Of a stretch of 64,000 bases of DNA, positions 35,101 through 47,100 are shown one piece after another (the first letter of the stretch is position 1; every line of letters begins with the position of its first letter). Origin of the DNA: Amphiscolops sp. MND2022 (Eukaryota). The notes beneath the pieces are model-generated. The model had not been told where the DNA came from and did not search any database. It was given only the letters and a program-made list of their open reading frames with translations. The stretch spans positions 23,126,001 to 23,190,000 of the forward strand of contig OZ076417.1 in the NCBI GenBank assembly GCA_964187785.1, given 5' to 3'. A program made the position numbers and the translations under genes.

Positions 35101-38100
35101 CGCTTTGGTTTTGTTATACATTTCTCTTCGTGTTTGTTATACACAGATTAACCGATCACTGTAATAATAAAAGTTTCCGTCCTTTGTTATTTTGCACTCT
35201 TTGCATTCTGCACTCTTTTCCATATCTTTGCACTCTTAATCATCGACAAGGCCCTCTCTTGCCTTATCTGCGACTATCTCAGCCCGTTTTCTTGCTCAGC
35301 AAATACCATAGCTTACACTTGGCACACGTTGCCACGTGCCCTCCCGAGCATAAGTTGTGTTAACAAACAACGTTGCTCTTTCTCTGCTTCACCCAGTCAA
35401 CATTGATTCACTGTTTACTGATTTGCTGCCTTCTTTTCATATAGTCACCCCTTGTAACTTTTAGCATAACCTTCTCTGCATTGCATGCTTCACATGCTCT
35501 TTTCTTTTCTTCCTTCTTTTCGAGGCACCCCCCCTTATGTCATATGTATTCTTTAATTTTTTTCCTTTCGGGCATTTGTGTTGGCTCTTCTTGGTTTCAC
35601 GGATTCATTGCGTTCTTTTGTTTCATGCCACTTCACCATCTCCGCCCTGAAATGGACTACAACCCGGCAGTTCCCCTTTTTCTCAAAAGTGGGGAGTGTC
35701 ATGATACAATCATGATACATTTACAAAAATTCGATGACAGAATGTATTTAGCCAATAAAAGTTGTGGACCAATCAGAGGCTGACAACACTGAGATGGATG
35801 ACGATACGACGAAGTGGTCAAACACAAGAACAGAAGATAACTTTCTCAATCTAAAGAACACTCGCTCTAACTGTTGTAAATTATATTACTCAGTTGTAAC
35901 TTCTCTTCAACTTTTCTTCAACATTAAAACTAATTTCTTCAATAAAACTTTATTCACTCTGAGTAAAGGAAAATAACCCAGGCTAAATCTGAAGTATAAA
36001 AGCGATACAAAATGTTCTTTATAAAACTCATAGTCCACCGCTCGGACCAACCTCATGACAAATTGAGATGTCGGAAACCTACAATAATGTATGTTTTAAA
36101 TTAATACTTTCGTATCCCGAGAATCAACTGTTTTTTCTCAAAATACAAGACTTCGTTCCTTGAGACCCCTACTATGGTACTTAGTATTTGAAGTATAGTG
36201 AATAAGTTTCTGAATGAAGGTTAGTGATCTAATTTCTCTTGCACATGGAGAATTGCAATGAGGCTGAAATGAAAAATAAGGCATAAAGAAATTGAATTGA
36301 ATTTTTTTTTTACAGGAAACGGAGAACTTGCATTCTCAATTCCTTACGATATCCAAAGTGAAGTGACCAGATCTGAAGAACTCACAGTCAGGGCCGAATT
36401 CTCCCTCGAGTCTCAAAACTCGGGGCTCCACTTCGTGAACAACTGTGACGTTTCATCTCAACGTGAACCTAACAAAGACACGTCATCATCATCGTCATCC
36501 CATTCATACAAAGATTGCCACATGTTCACGTATTATTACGAGAGCTGCAATAAACTTTGGTTTCCCCATGTCGATAGTCCTGTGATGCCTTGTACATGGA
36601 GAATTGAGATAACAGTTCCCAGTGAGTTGGTCGCAATCAGTTCTGGAGACTTGGTCGATGTCATTGCAAGTGACGACAATGGGTCCCGAATTGCGACATT
36701 CATATACCAACTGGACTTGCCAGTTTGTGCCAACAAAATTGCAGTTGTGGTCGGGGACTTCGAGGTATTGTTGCAAATCAATTTCTGAAACGTAAACTCC
36801 TAATTTGTACGCCATGGCAAATGAACCAAATACAAGTTCAAGAATTCATTTAAATTTCGCCGTTGAATGGTTCGAAAATCATTGATAAAGGTTCGGAAAT
36901 CGGAATTATGCTCGAACTGTTTAATGTTCAACGGTATTTTTTTTCGGTGTTTTCATGAGCGAGAAAGTTGGAGTTCGATGAAACTATGTATGAGTTTGGG
37001 TTATGTTATCCGGTCGGTTTTCTTGGTATGTGAGTTGAAAAATTTTCAGCATTCAACGAGCATTCTAACAATCAATCAAATAATTATTTAATTGAAATCA
37101 TTGACCTAAAAAAGTCTACATTGATAGGTTATTCTTGCTCGTTTCAGGTTCATCCGGACAAATATGTGAGTGACATGACCCATTTCTGCCCCCCTGGGTT
37201 GGGTCAAGTCATGATGCACACTGTGGACTGCATACACGAGATAATTGAGTTCATGGAGCAACTGCTCAGCGTGCGACTTCCCTTCTCTTGCTTCAAAACA
37301 GTCTTCGTCAATGAGTCATACGCCGATTTCCTCTCCTTCGCCGGGGTGTCAGTCTTCAGTGTGGGGTTGCTCTTTTCAGAGAAGATTATCGACCAAGTAC
37401 CAAAAACAATGAGGAAACTTTTAAATGTAAAAAATTGCATTGACTCGCAATTGCACATTCCTGGTTTCTTGTGACGTCATTTTTGCAAGGCCGGCTGTGG
37501 TTTTTTTTGTGCTTTTCGTTTCCATTTTGGACTCGAAATAAGGTCAACTCATGTCCCAAAAACTTGTGTTCTGTTTCACAAGATTCATCTAACATGGCCA
37601 ATTTTTGTACTACCTTTTCATTAAGGCCATAGGGGATTACAAATGGAACATAATCGGTTTTCTTCTTTCCAAGTTGATGTCATGAAAATCTTGATTGCAC
37701 AGGAACAGATCCGTTCAAGTTGACACGATGTTAGTTTCGTTTCAATGTTGCTACTCGCTTCGCAACCTGTTAAAATGCACTATTAACTGACTTTATTTGA
37801 AAAATTTTTTTAAGAATGTCTTGTGAAGCAAAGTTCATCGTTTCTGGAAGTAAAAGGATCAAAGATGAATTGTTTCAACGTATTCGACAATCAATGTCAT
37901 CATCAGAAATCTAAAAATGTTCACATTTGAAGTGCAAGTAAGAATGATACTACAAAAAACTGAAATGATTTTAGTCCCATAAAGTGTTGTGCTTGTACCA
38001 TTTCTGTGCCCGTGTTCTAAGTCCCAATGCTAATTTCTTACAGACCAGACTATGTATATGAAGTATACAGATATCCCAGGATGGCCGGACCTGCGTTCTT

Positions 38101-41100
38101 TTTCATAAAAGGATTATTATGAAGCATTTTTGTATATCTATTTCTTTATATATTTCCCTTTTAAATGCAACGTATATATTTTTATACCGTCTCATTAAAA
38201 TGTTCCCATTATACGAAAAAAAACTTTTCTTGTGTCCGTGTGAAGTTTCCTCATTATCTCCTCATTGCCTACCTCGAAGGTTGTTGGCTGATTCAGTGGC
38301 GTGTCAGTTGTTCGGCTGTTTCATCACTGCCGCCAGCTGGAGTGACTCATGGGCTCTGTATGGAGTGAGCAAGTACCTCTCCGAAGAGTACGCCAGAGAA
38401 ACGTTCGGCACTAACGAGTACTTCTACACTGTGCGACAAGCTATCAAGGAGGTACGTGTCATGATGCATTTATTCCAATTAATTGATCACGAGTCGCATT
38501 TTAAGTTTTCCATTTTCCACGAGTCGCATTTTAAGGCTTCGCCGGGCCTTTCAAATGACACTCGAACTTTTCGCTGAAGCTTCATTAAAAAAACTTCTGT
38601 ATGCGGTTTCAATGGTGGCAAACTGTGTTACTAGAGTGTGACAGTAACTTAGCAAACAGTTGCTGTGTTATTGAGAAAAAGTTAATTTTCTGAAAAGTAT
38701 TTTTTTGCAAGTTTTCACTTTTTTCTAGTTACCTTTTTGCCGGTAGTTCGGAAAACAAACTATATTGACACAAATAACAACTCGCTCCAGGTAGTCCAAT
38801 AGATTGTTGATTAGAAAAACAAAACTTAGTTTTCCTATAAGCTTTTTGCGTTTCGTAATATTTTATTGATTGTGAAAAAAATCGCTGTCCTCATTTGGGG
38901 ACAAAAGCACTGTCGAGGATATATTTGCTTTAGTCCGAGATTTACTACTATTACTACTAAAAGACTGAATTGATTCTAGAGAGAAATACTTGATGATATT
39001 TACATGTACAGATTTTTTAACAACAGATTTAAAGGCGGTATAGACTGGTATAGTGCTTAATTGTGCGCTAAATAATGATTAAACAGGAGTGTATTTGTAT
39101 TCCAGATATGATTCTATTATCAATGAAAGATTAAAGCAGAAATAGTAGGACCTATTTTTTAAAAAAATGAAGCTAAAGCGAAAGACGTTTTTTTTGCGTT
39201 CGTTTTTTTTCGGAATATTTTTACACTTGCGATAAGCAAGTGTTATGGGAACGTGCGATTTTTTTTCCGGGTGACAACTCTCTCATTTCAGACCGCAAGT
39301 CGCATAATTCAGACTTTTTTGGTCTAGTGGTAAGATGCTTGCTTTTCAACCCAGAGGGCCTGGGTTCGAACCCGTGCCTATGCACTATTTTTTTACAAGC
39401 TGTGCTGCTTCCAATACTTGCAATTGTTTTGAAACACTTGCTTTTCAACCCAGAGGGTCTGGGTTCGAACCCGTGCCTATGCACTAATTTTTTTACAAGC
39501 TGTGCTTCTTCCAATACTTGCAATTGTTTTGAAACACATTTTTTAAATGATCAAGTTGAGTTCATGCATTCATGTAACATGTAATGATGTACCTAGCAAG
39601 GTTTTATTTTTGAGTGTATGAGGTGTACCTGAAAAACGTTCCGGCAAATCTTGGTACAAATCAGCCATAATAAAAAGGTTTGTTAGGCTGAAGATTGCAG
39701 CAGTTGATGTCGACGACGAAATACAAAATTTCAAGAGTTGAGACATGGCGTACCAAGACTGTCGAGTCCGAGATTTTAGCAAGTTGCATGTAGAAGGGGT
39801 GCGAAACTAGCGAGTCCTTCCCGGGCAGGTCGTTCCGGGCCACCCAAGGTTAAACACATGTAACAAAATATGAAACTGAGTTCACCGAATTAAAATTTTT
39901 TTTAGTATAATTATGGTTCATTTTGTTTTTCGTATTTTCACAATGTGTTTTGGCGGACGTTTTATGTTACATCAGTTTATGGATGTTTTCCTATTGCGGA
40001 ATCATTTGATCCCTAAGATGTCATTTTTTTGGTCCTCAACTGAGCAGAGGTTGCTGGCCTTTTTTTCGGTAATTTAGCTTTTCATATAAAGACTGAGGAA
40101 ACTTTTCAGGTTGTTTCAACATTTTTTTCGAACTCAGTTGATCCATTTTTTAATGAAACATTATTCTACCCAAAAATGCCAAATTTAAGTTGCATGTAGA
40201 AGGGGTGCGAAACTAGCGAGTCTTTCCCGGGCACGTCGTTCCGGGCCACCCAAGGTTAAACACATGTAACAAAATATGAAACTGAGTTCATCGAATTAAA
40301 AATTTTTTTAGTATAAATATGGTTCACTTGTTTTTCGTATTTTCACAATGTGTTTTGGCGGACATTTTATGTTACATCAGTTTATGGATGTTTTCCTATT
40401 GGGAAATGATTTGATCCCTAAGATGTCATTTTTTGGTCCTCAACTGAGCACATGTTGCTCGCCTTTTTTCGGTAATTCAGCTTTTCATATTAAGACTGAG
40501 GAAACTTTTCAGGTTGTTTCAACATTTTTTTCGAACTCAGTTGATCCATTTTTTAATGAAACATCATTCTATCCAAAAATGCCAAATTTGAAGCGATCGT
40601 CCCAATTTTTAACGGACGCCATTCGTGCTTGAATTCACTCAATACGATCTCGAACAGTATCTCTCGATGTTGCTCAGAAGAAAACTTTGTTAAACCTAAA
40701 ATCTGAGACCGCAAACCGGGTTCGACCTTGCCCTGATCCAGTTTTGTGATGAAATAGAACTTCTCAGCCCCGACGAACTGGAACGAATTAACACCTTCTT
40801 GCAAGACGAAGACGAAAACTTGCAAACGGAAGCAGTAACTCATCTGGACGATACGGAGTCTCCAATTGTCACCATTGGTCAACTACCTGCCCTGATAACA
40901 GAAGCTGACTTCGTCTCGCTAATTGCTAGTTTTAACCCCGAGCAGTCAATGATCTTTCATTCCATTTTACATGAGCTTATTCGGAAATCACAGACTTTAA
41001 GGGTTTTCGTTACAGGTGGTGCCGGTACTGGCAAAACAGTTCTTGTTCAAGCTCTTTACCATGCTATATCCCGAACGAATGATCAACCCGGACGTTCACT

Positions 41101-44100
41101 CGACCAACCGCTCGTCCTTTTATGTTCCTACACAGGCTTCGCTGCTTCCCATATTAAAGGAACTACTATTCACAGCGCTTTGGGGTTTACGAGTCGATCC
41201 AATAACCCAAACGAGCTTTTGAAAGTATCTCGCTCTCGACTTCATACCTTACAAATTCGATACCAATTGTGATTATAGATGAAATTTCATTTCTTGGGTC
41301 GAACTTTCTTTGCCTTGTTGATTACCGCCTGCGAGAAATTCGCGCGTCTACTTTACCCTTTGGTGGCTTGACCGTTTTGTTTTTCGGTGATTTATACCAA
41401 TTACCTCCAGTCAAAGATAGGTTGATTTTCCAACAACCTTCTGATGTGATAGAGTTTCCACGCTTCAACGTCCAACTGTGGAAACTTTTCTCAATGTTTG
41501 AGCTCAAAATAATCATGCGACAATCGGATGACTTGCCTTTCGCTGAGCAGTTTGTGTTCTCATCGAACAGGAAATCTCGAAAGCAGTTTGTGTGTCGCAA
41601 CCGGTGCTCGTGTTATGCTAACTTGCAATCTTAACTTAGACGATTCACTGTGCAATGGAAAGATTGCTGTTCTCAAAAAAGTTCAATTAACGAATGGTGA
41701 ACCAGTCATACTTTGGCTCCATTTCGAAAACAGTGATGTTGGCCAACTTCAACGAATAAAGCATCACCGTTTGTATCGTGACGGCATTCAATCGAATTGG
41801 GTCCCCATTTTCAAATTATCTCAAAGCTTCGATGTAACTCATGGAACAACATCAACTAGAGTTACCAGAATTCAGTTTCCTGTCGTTCCTGCATCTGCTA
41901 TCACCATTCACAAATCGCAAGGTGAGCTATTTTTGTTCTTTTCGGGAACGTATTTTAGCACTTGTTACTAATCGTTTCAACCTGAAGTGAAACGCTATCT
42001 TCCTTTTATATTAGATTTCACAACTCCCTGGTTTTTTTCTCGGAGAATGAATCTGTTAATACTTCGGGCGATACCTTCAATGACTTGGAGTGTGACTTCC
42101 GTTCTCGACCAACAATTCATCATTTGTTGTACACAGCACTGAGTAGAGTCCGAAAGTTGGAAAATTTGTTCATTGTCGATGAATTCCTCTCCAGAAAGAT
42201 ATCTGTTCACCCAGAAGTTAGTTCAATCGTTGTCGACCCTGCTTCGGTTTTTGAACTGCTCTACAGCCAATTGTTACTTTCCCTGAGTTGTTTGGTTATA
42301 CTGAATCCTCTTGCTCAATATACACTTTTTTCGTTACAGGTTACGCTGGAGATGGACCGACTTAGACAAGAGGCTGTTTTTCCAACTTTACAATCTCTGT
42401 CCAAGTGTTGCAAAATCCGCCTATTGTTCCAAAATGTACAGTCTTCGAAAAAAAAATTTGCATTGCTACCAAGCAACCATTTTTCGACACTGCAACTTTC
42501 AACATTTTCTGTGAAACTTGGTTGATGTCATCAGACACACTTCCATCCACATTCAATGATATGTTCATCACACGACTTGATTTTCCTACGTGTAATTCGA
42601 ATCAGAGACACAGAGGAGGATTTGTAATTTTCTCGAAAGTTCGTCTCGACATAACATCCGAAGTCACGAACAATGTGCAAATAGCATGTTTCGAATTCAT
42701 GAATCTTCTTTTAATTTTTGTTCATCGACGACCGTCAGAAACACCAATATCATTGTTCAAAGAATGTCTTTCTCAGAAGTTTCGCCAACAGAAGAAACCA
42801 ACCATTGTTATGGGTGATTTCAATGTAAACTTGAAATGCGACAACAGCTCCTTTTTACGCTTTATGGGGTCAGAAGGTTTCCACTGTCTAATTGATGATA
42901 CCACCACGAAAGAGCACACACTTCTTGATCACGTATACTGCAATGAATCGAATCTTCTTCATAAGTTGAACTGTTTTGTGGCCTACAATGTTTATAGTTT
43001 CCATGAGCCCATTGTTTTAGAAGTTTGTGATTGATTTTGTTTCAGTAGTTTAGCTTGTTTATCTTATCTTGAATTATATCCAGCTGAGATGAGAAATTTC
43101 GAAACAAGAAAAATGATAGCGTATAATGTTTTTTCTCGCTTTTCGATTTTCGGAAATCCAGGCACCATATGTGCAAAGATTTTCGCGCTTAGTCAAAAGC
43201 CTACTTCACGTTGCGAGCCATGATTGCTAACATTTGAGAGAAAGCTTTAGGCCATCTTATCGGGCCGAATGAGTTGCCGGAGTTGTTTTTAAAGAGATTC
43301 CACAGTTTGAAGTTGAAGGCCGGAGGCTCGAGAAGTGAACTCAAGGTTAAAACTCAATAATTTCTATTTTCAATTCCAAATTACAACCCAATGATTTTCT
43401 CTTTAGAATTAGTACCCACTTTTGTAGTATGATTTATTAGTGCTAATGAATATGATTTATTTTCAGAGGTGTAAAATGCATTTTCGTTGGTAAAATCTCA
43501 AATGTTGCCTGGCAAATAGCGATGTGACGTGTTGTGCTTTAATAAAAGCGATGTGTTTTGCGCTGTGCTGTTGCCTTCGTCAAGAATGCAGGCTTTTTTT
43601 CAGAGGAAATCGGCCACTCAAGACATTTTTTGGCTGGTTCCCCCAACAAGCATTTTCATTTCAGGACCTAATTTGTGTCTTTTTGTGCTGTTTTTAAATT
43701 GATCAGTAAGTAAAAAATTGTCTTGCCTTTTAAGCCATGGTCCTTCGTGTGATATTGCTTATGCGGTTTTTTCAAAATTTGCAACTTCGCAAGTGTTTGC
43801 GAAGCACGGCTTCGCCTCTGTGTTTGATTTTGTATTTCGCCATTTTTCGAAATATAAAAATATAACCAATCAGGCCTGCTTTCAATAGGCGAATGCCCCA
43901 CTTGTGAACGACAATTACTATATTGAACCTGTAATTCTAAACCTCGCCTGTATGAAGGAGCGGTCGCCTGTATGAAGTCTCGATCTACCCGTTAGTAGAG
44001 CGTTCGCTTCCGCTACCGAAGAACGGAGTTCGAATCTAGTAGTGTCCAGTTTTTGTGCCGACTTTGAGCTGCTCTCAGCTTGTTCATTGTTAAAATCCAT

Positions 44101-47100
44101 GAGGATTTTTTCATTGCAGGTCTGCAGTTACGAAGAAGAGAGCGGTGAGATAATCCTGGATAACAGCATTGCAGTCTCGAACGGACACAAGAGTGACAAT
44201 GTGAATGCATGTAGACTGTATGCCAACCTCATTTCGCCCAGCTACGTTGAGATGATGAAGCTGAAGGCTTTTCTGGTGGTCAGGCTGATAGGAGAGAAAA
44301 TTGGACCTGAGATTTTGATACAAGTTAACTTTTTGCTTGAAAACATTCTGTTGGAAGAGAATTGTTCAGAATACAAGCATCGAAAACTACACAAATGTGA
44401 ATGGATTTGAATATGGAAGTCAGAATAGCATGCTATAGGGTTTCGATGTCGCTAATCACGCAACAATTTATTCCCAAAATTACTTTCTCTGAAAATGTTT
44501 TCAAAATACTAAATCTTTAAACTTGAGAAATTTAGACTTAAAAAAGACTATTTTTTTTAACTGTGTAAGTTTTACGAGGGCAAGAGTTGAAATTCACGCC
44601 GTTAAATCGCAAATTAGTGGTGTCAAAACTCTGGTATGCTATTCAAGTTAGCTTCGTTCTAATTAATGCCTATCAGATTTCAATTTACAGTTTTAATTTT
44701 AATGCCTCGTCCAGGCAAAACGTTCATGTTGAAGGTATCTTGACGTCCGTTTAAACTAAGTTCTCACGAAATTACTTCGCTTGCATTATTATTAATAGTA
44801 ATATCATGTTCAAAAGAAAGTTTTTGTGTTGCTCCAGGTTATCAACAAGATGGTTTGCCTCGCAATGAACTCTTCGAAACAATCTTGCGTTTCGTGGAAC
44901 AGCATGCAAATCTCAACTAATTCCCTCATCAACAGTGTGGCTACTTTGTGTGGCAAAGACCTCACGGAAGTTGTCAACATGTGGGTCTTCAATGGCGGAC
45001 ATCCCCAGTTCATCGTCTCGTTCGACTTCAACCGAAAACGCAACTGCATCGAACTGGAGGTTGGTACTAAATGAATTGATAATCTACATGTAGTCAATGA
45101 TAAGCAATTCGACAAGGATTGTAAAGGTTCTAAGTGAAATTTTGAAAGACATGGACGAATATTTTTTAAATGAAACCTAAGGGTAGAAAATCTATCCGCC
45201 TGAGAATTTTCTGACAAAAAACACTTTTACAATAGTTTTAGCGTTGTGCGTGAAACTTTTATTGTCTCTTTGAAGCATCGATAGGAATCAACCAATTGAT
45301 GTTCCTCAGCGGGTTGTTCTACCGAAATAGTTCGCAATTGTTCTTCAATATCAACAAAAACGATTATCACTGCATCTAGTTCTGGAAGTCGGGGCGCAGT
45401 TTTGTATTACACTCAACTCCGCTCATAACGATTGCTCGGGGACCGGCGTTTTCTAATCGTTATACCGAATATCGTTATAGGCGAAAATCGTTATATACTA
45501 GCATCGTGGCCGGGACCGTGAAACTCTATCGCTATAACCGGAATATCGTTATAAACGTAATCGTTATAAACGGAGCTGAGTGTATCGCAAAGTGAGTTGA
45601 ACAAAATTAAATTGTTCTACTGACATGGCCTATACAAATTTGGACGCTTTTAAATTTGTAGGGAAATACTTTGAACCCGATATAGTTGATTTTCTGAATG
45701 ATGATGATCTGATTCATTCTGATTGACCTCGGTAAATACAGAATCTTGTTGCTGTCGTGAAATCAATTTTTGCCATTTGTTGTTTTCTGGAACCTATTTT
45801 CATATTTACATTTGATATTTATTTTTAATGTCACTTTTAATATTCACCAATTCATATATATATTTTTAAAAAAATCAATGTGTACTCGTATTACGTTGAT
45901 AAAATGTTGGTTAGTATGATATTCGCTGTTGAGTTTGAGGTCAACTGGTCACAATACCCTTTCATTATTTTCAGGTCAAACAATCTGACCTGACCTCCGG
46001 CAAAAAGGGAATTTTCAAATACATCGGCCCAATATCGATAGCTCTCCAAGAACTTGATGGTCCATTCAATCACGTAGTGCAATGTGAAGATGTTATGTCG
46101 AAACATGACATAGCGTGTCACTCGAAAAGTCGCAGGATAAAGAAGAAGAAAATTCCCATGTCGTATGGCGAAGAAATAGATATGGATTTCCGGAGTCTGG
46201 ATCCCGATGTTCCTCTACTCTGGATGACGGTTGATCCAAAAATGCATCTTATCGCCAAGATCAAAATTAACATGCAAGATGTTCTCTGGCAGTTTCTATT
46301 GAAGTGAGTCCAGTTTCTGAATTTTTTGATGGCCTATGAAAACTGTATTAGCTACCTTGATTGATGAACCTTCTGTTGAAAATCTGGAAAAAAGCGTCAC
46401 TTTGCTAAAAATTCTTTTGATTTTTTCTTCAATTTTGATCCACATTCCTTTTACGTAACTTTCAAAATGATGCTTAGTATCACGATAAGTGTTACAAAGT
46501 TTTGGCAATAACAGAAAATGAACGAAGTGTATCATGGTAAACAGTTATCAGATATCAGTAGACCCCAAGCTGCCGATTGTGATTAGTTTTCGTTCATCTA
46601 CAGTAGTAGAAAAACATGTAGATGTTATTATAAGGAATAGATTAAAATTTTGTCTAGTTAGATCTATATAGTTCAATATTGAATGGTTCAATTTCAGATA
46701 TGAACGAATTGCAATGGCTCAACTGGACGCTGCTGAAAACTTGCGACGTTTTGACAGCCACGAAAGTCGCCAAGCCCTCATTTTTGCAATCGAACAGAAC
46801 CAGTATTACTACAGAGTTAGAGTTGCGGCCATTCTGTCTTTGGTTTCCATAGCAACCAAGTTCTCTAGAACCTGGTCGGGCGCTCAAACTCTCATAGACA
46901 TTGGGCAGAACTTGTTCTCATCCGGGTCTTGTGCCGAGATTGTGCGAAGCAATGACTTCTCTGATTTTGCTGAGTATTTCCTTCAGAAGGTAGTAGAGAT
47001 TATCAAAAAACTTTGCGATCTTTGATGAAATTTAAAGAAGGCTCCACTTATATCATTAGGTGGTTTTTCAAACTTGACTCATTGCAATTATCCTTTCAAA

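Larger units (their letters stand above)
23545..36060 (+). mobile_element. Ty3/gypsy LTR retrotransposon, 12.5 kb, in TAF2 intron 2
   Basis: 364-bp LTRs at 23545-23908 and 35697-36060, identical by eye, with 8-bp inverted ends TGTCATGA..TCATGACA. TSD AATTG (23540-23544 / 36061-36065). PBS TGGTGACAGGAGT at 23909-23921 (tRNA-Leu-like, tentative). PPT AAAAGTGGGGAG at 35685-35696. Confidence 0.97.

Noticed and set aside
38273-38330. Loss of the HExxH zinc motif in the TAF2 aminopeptidase fold as a novelty
   Set aside because: Catalytic inactivity of this fold is an established, general property of TAF2.
39316-39390. Functional tRNA gene
   Set aside because: A and B boxes are present, but the acceptor and anticodon stems do not pair; treated as SINE-like.
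40553-40882. Minus-strand 109-aa ORF and similar short ORFs across 40300-43000
   Set aside because: They overlap the plus-strand helicase relic or its duplicated intron and have no independent support.
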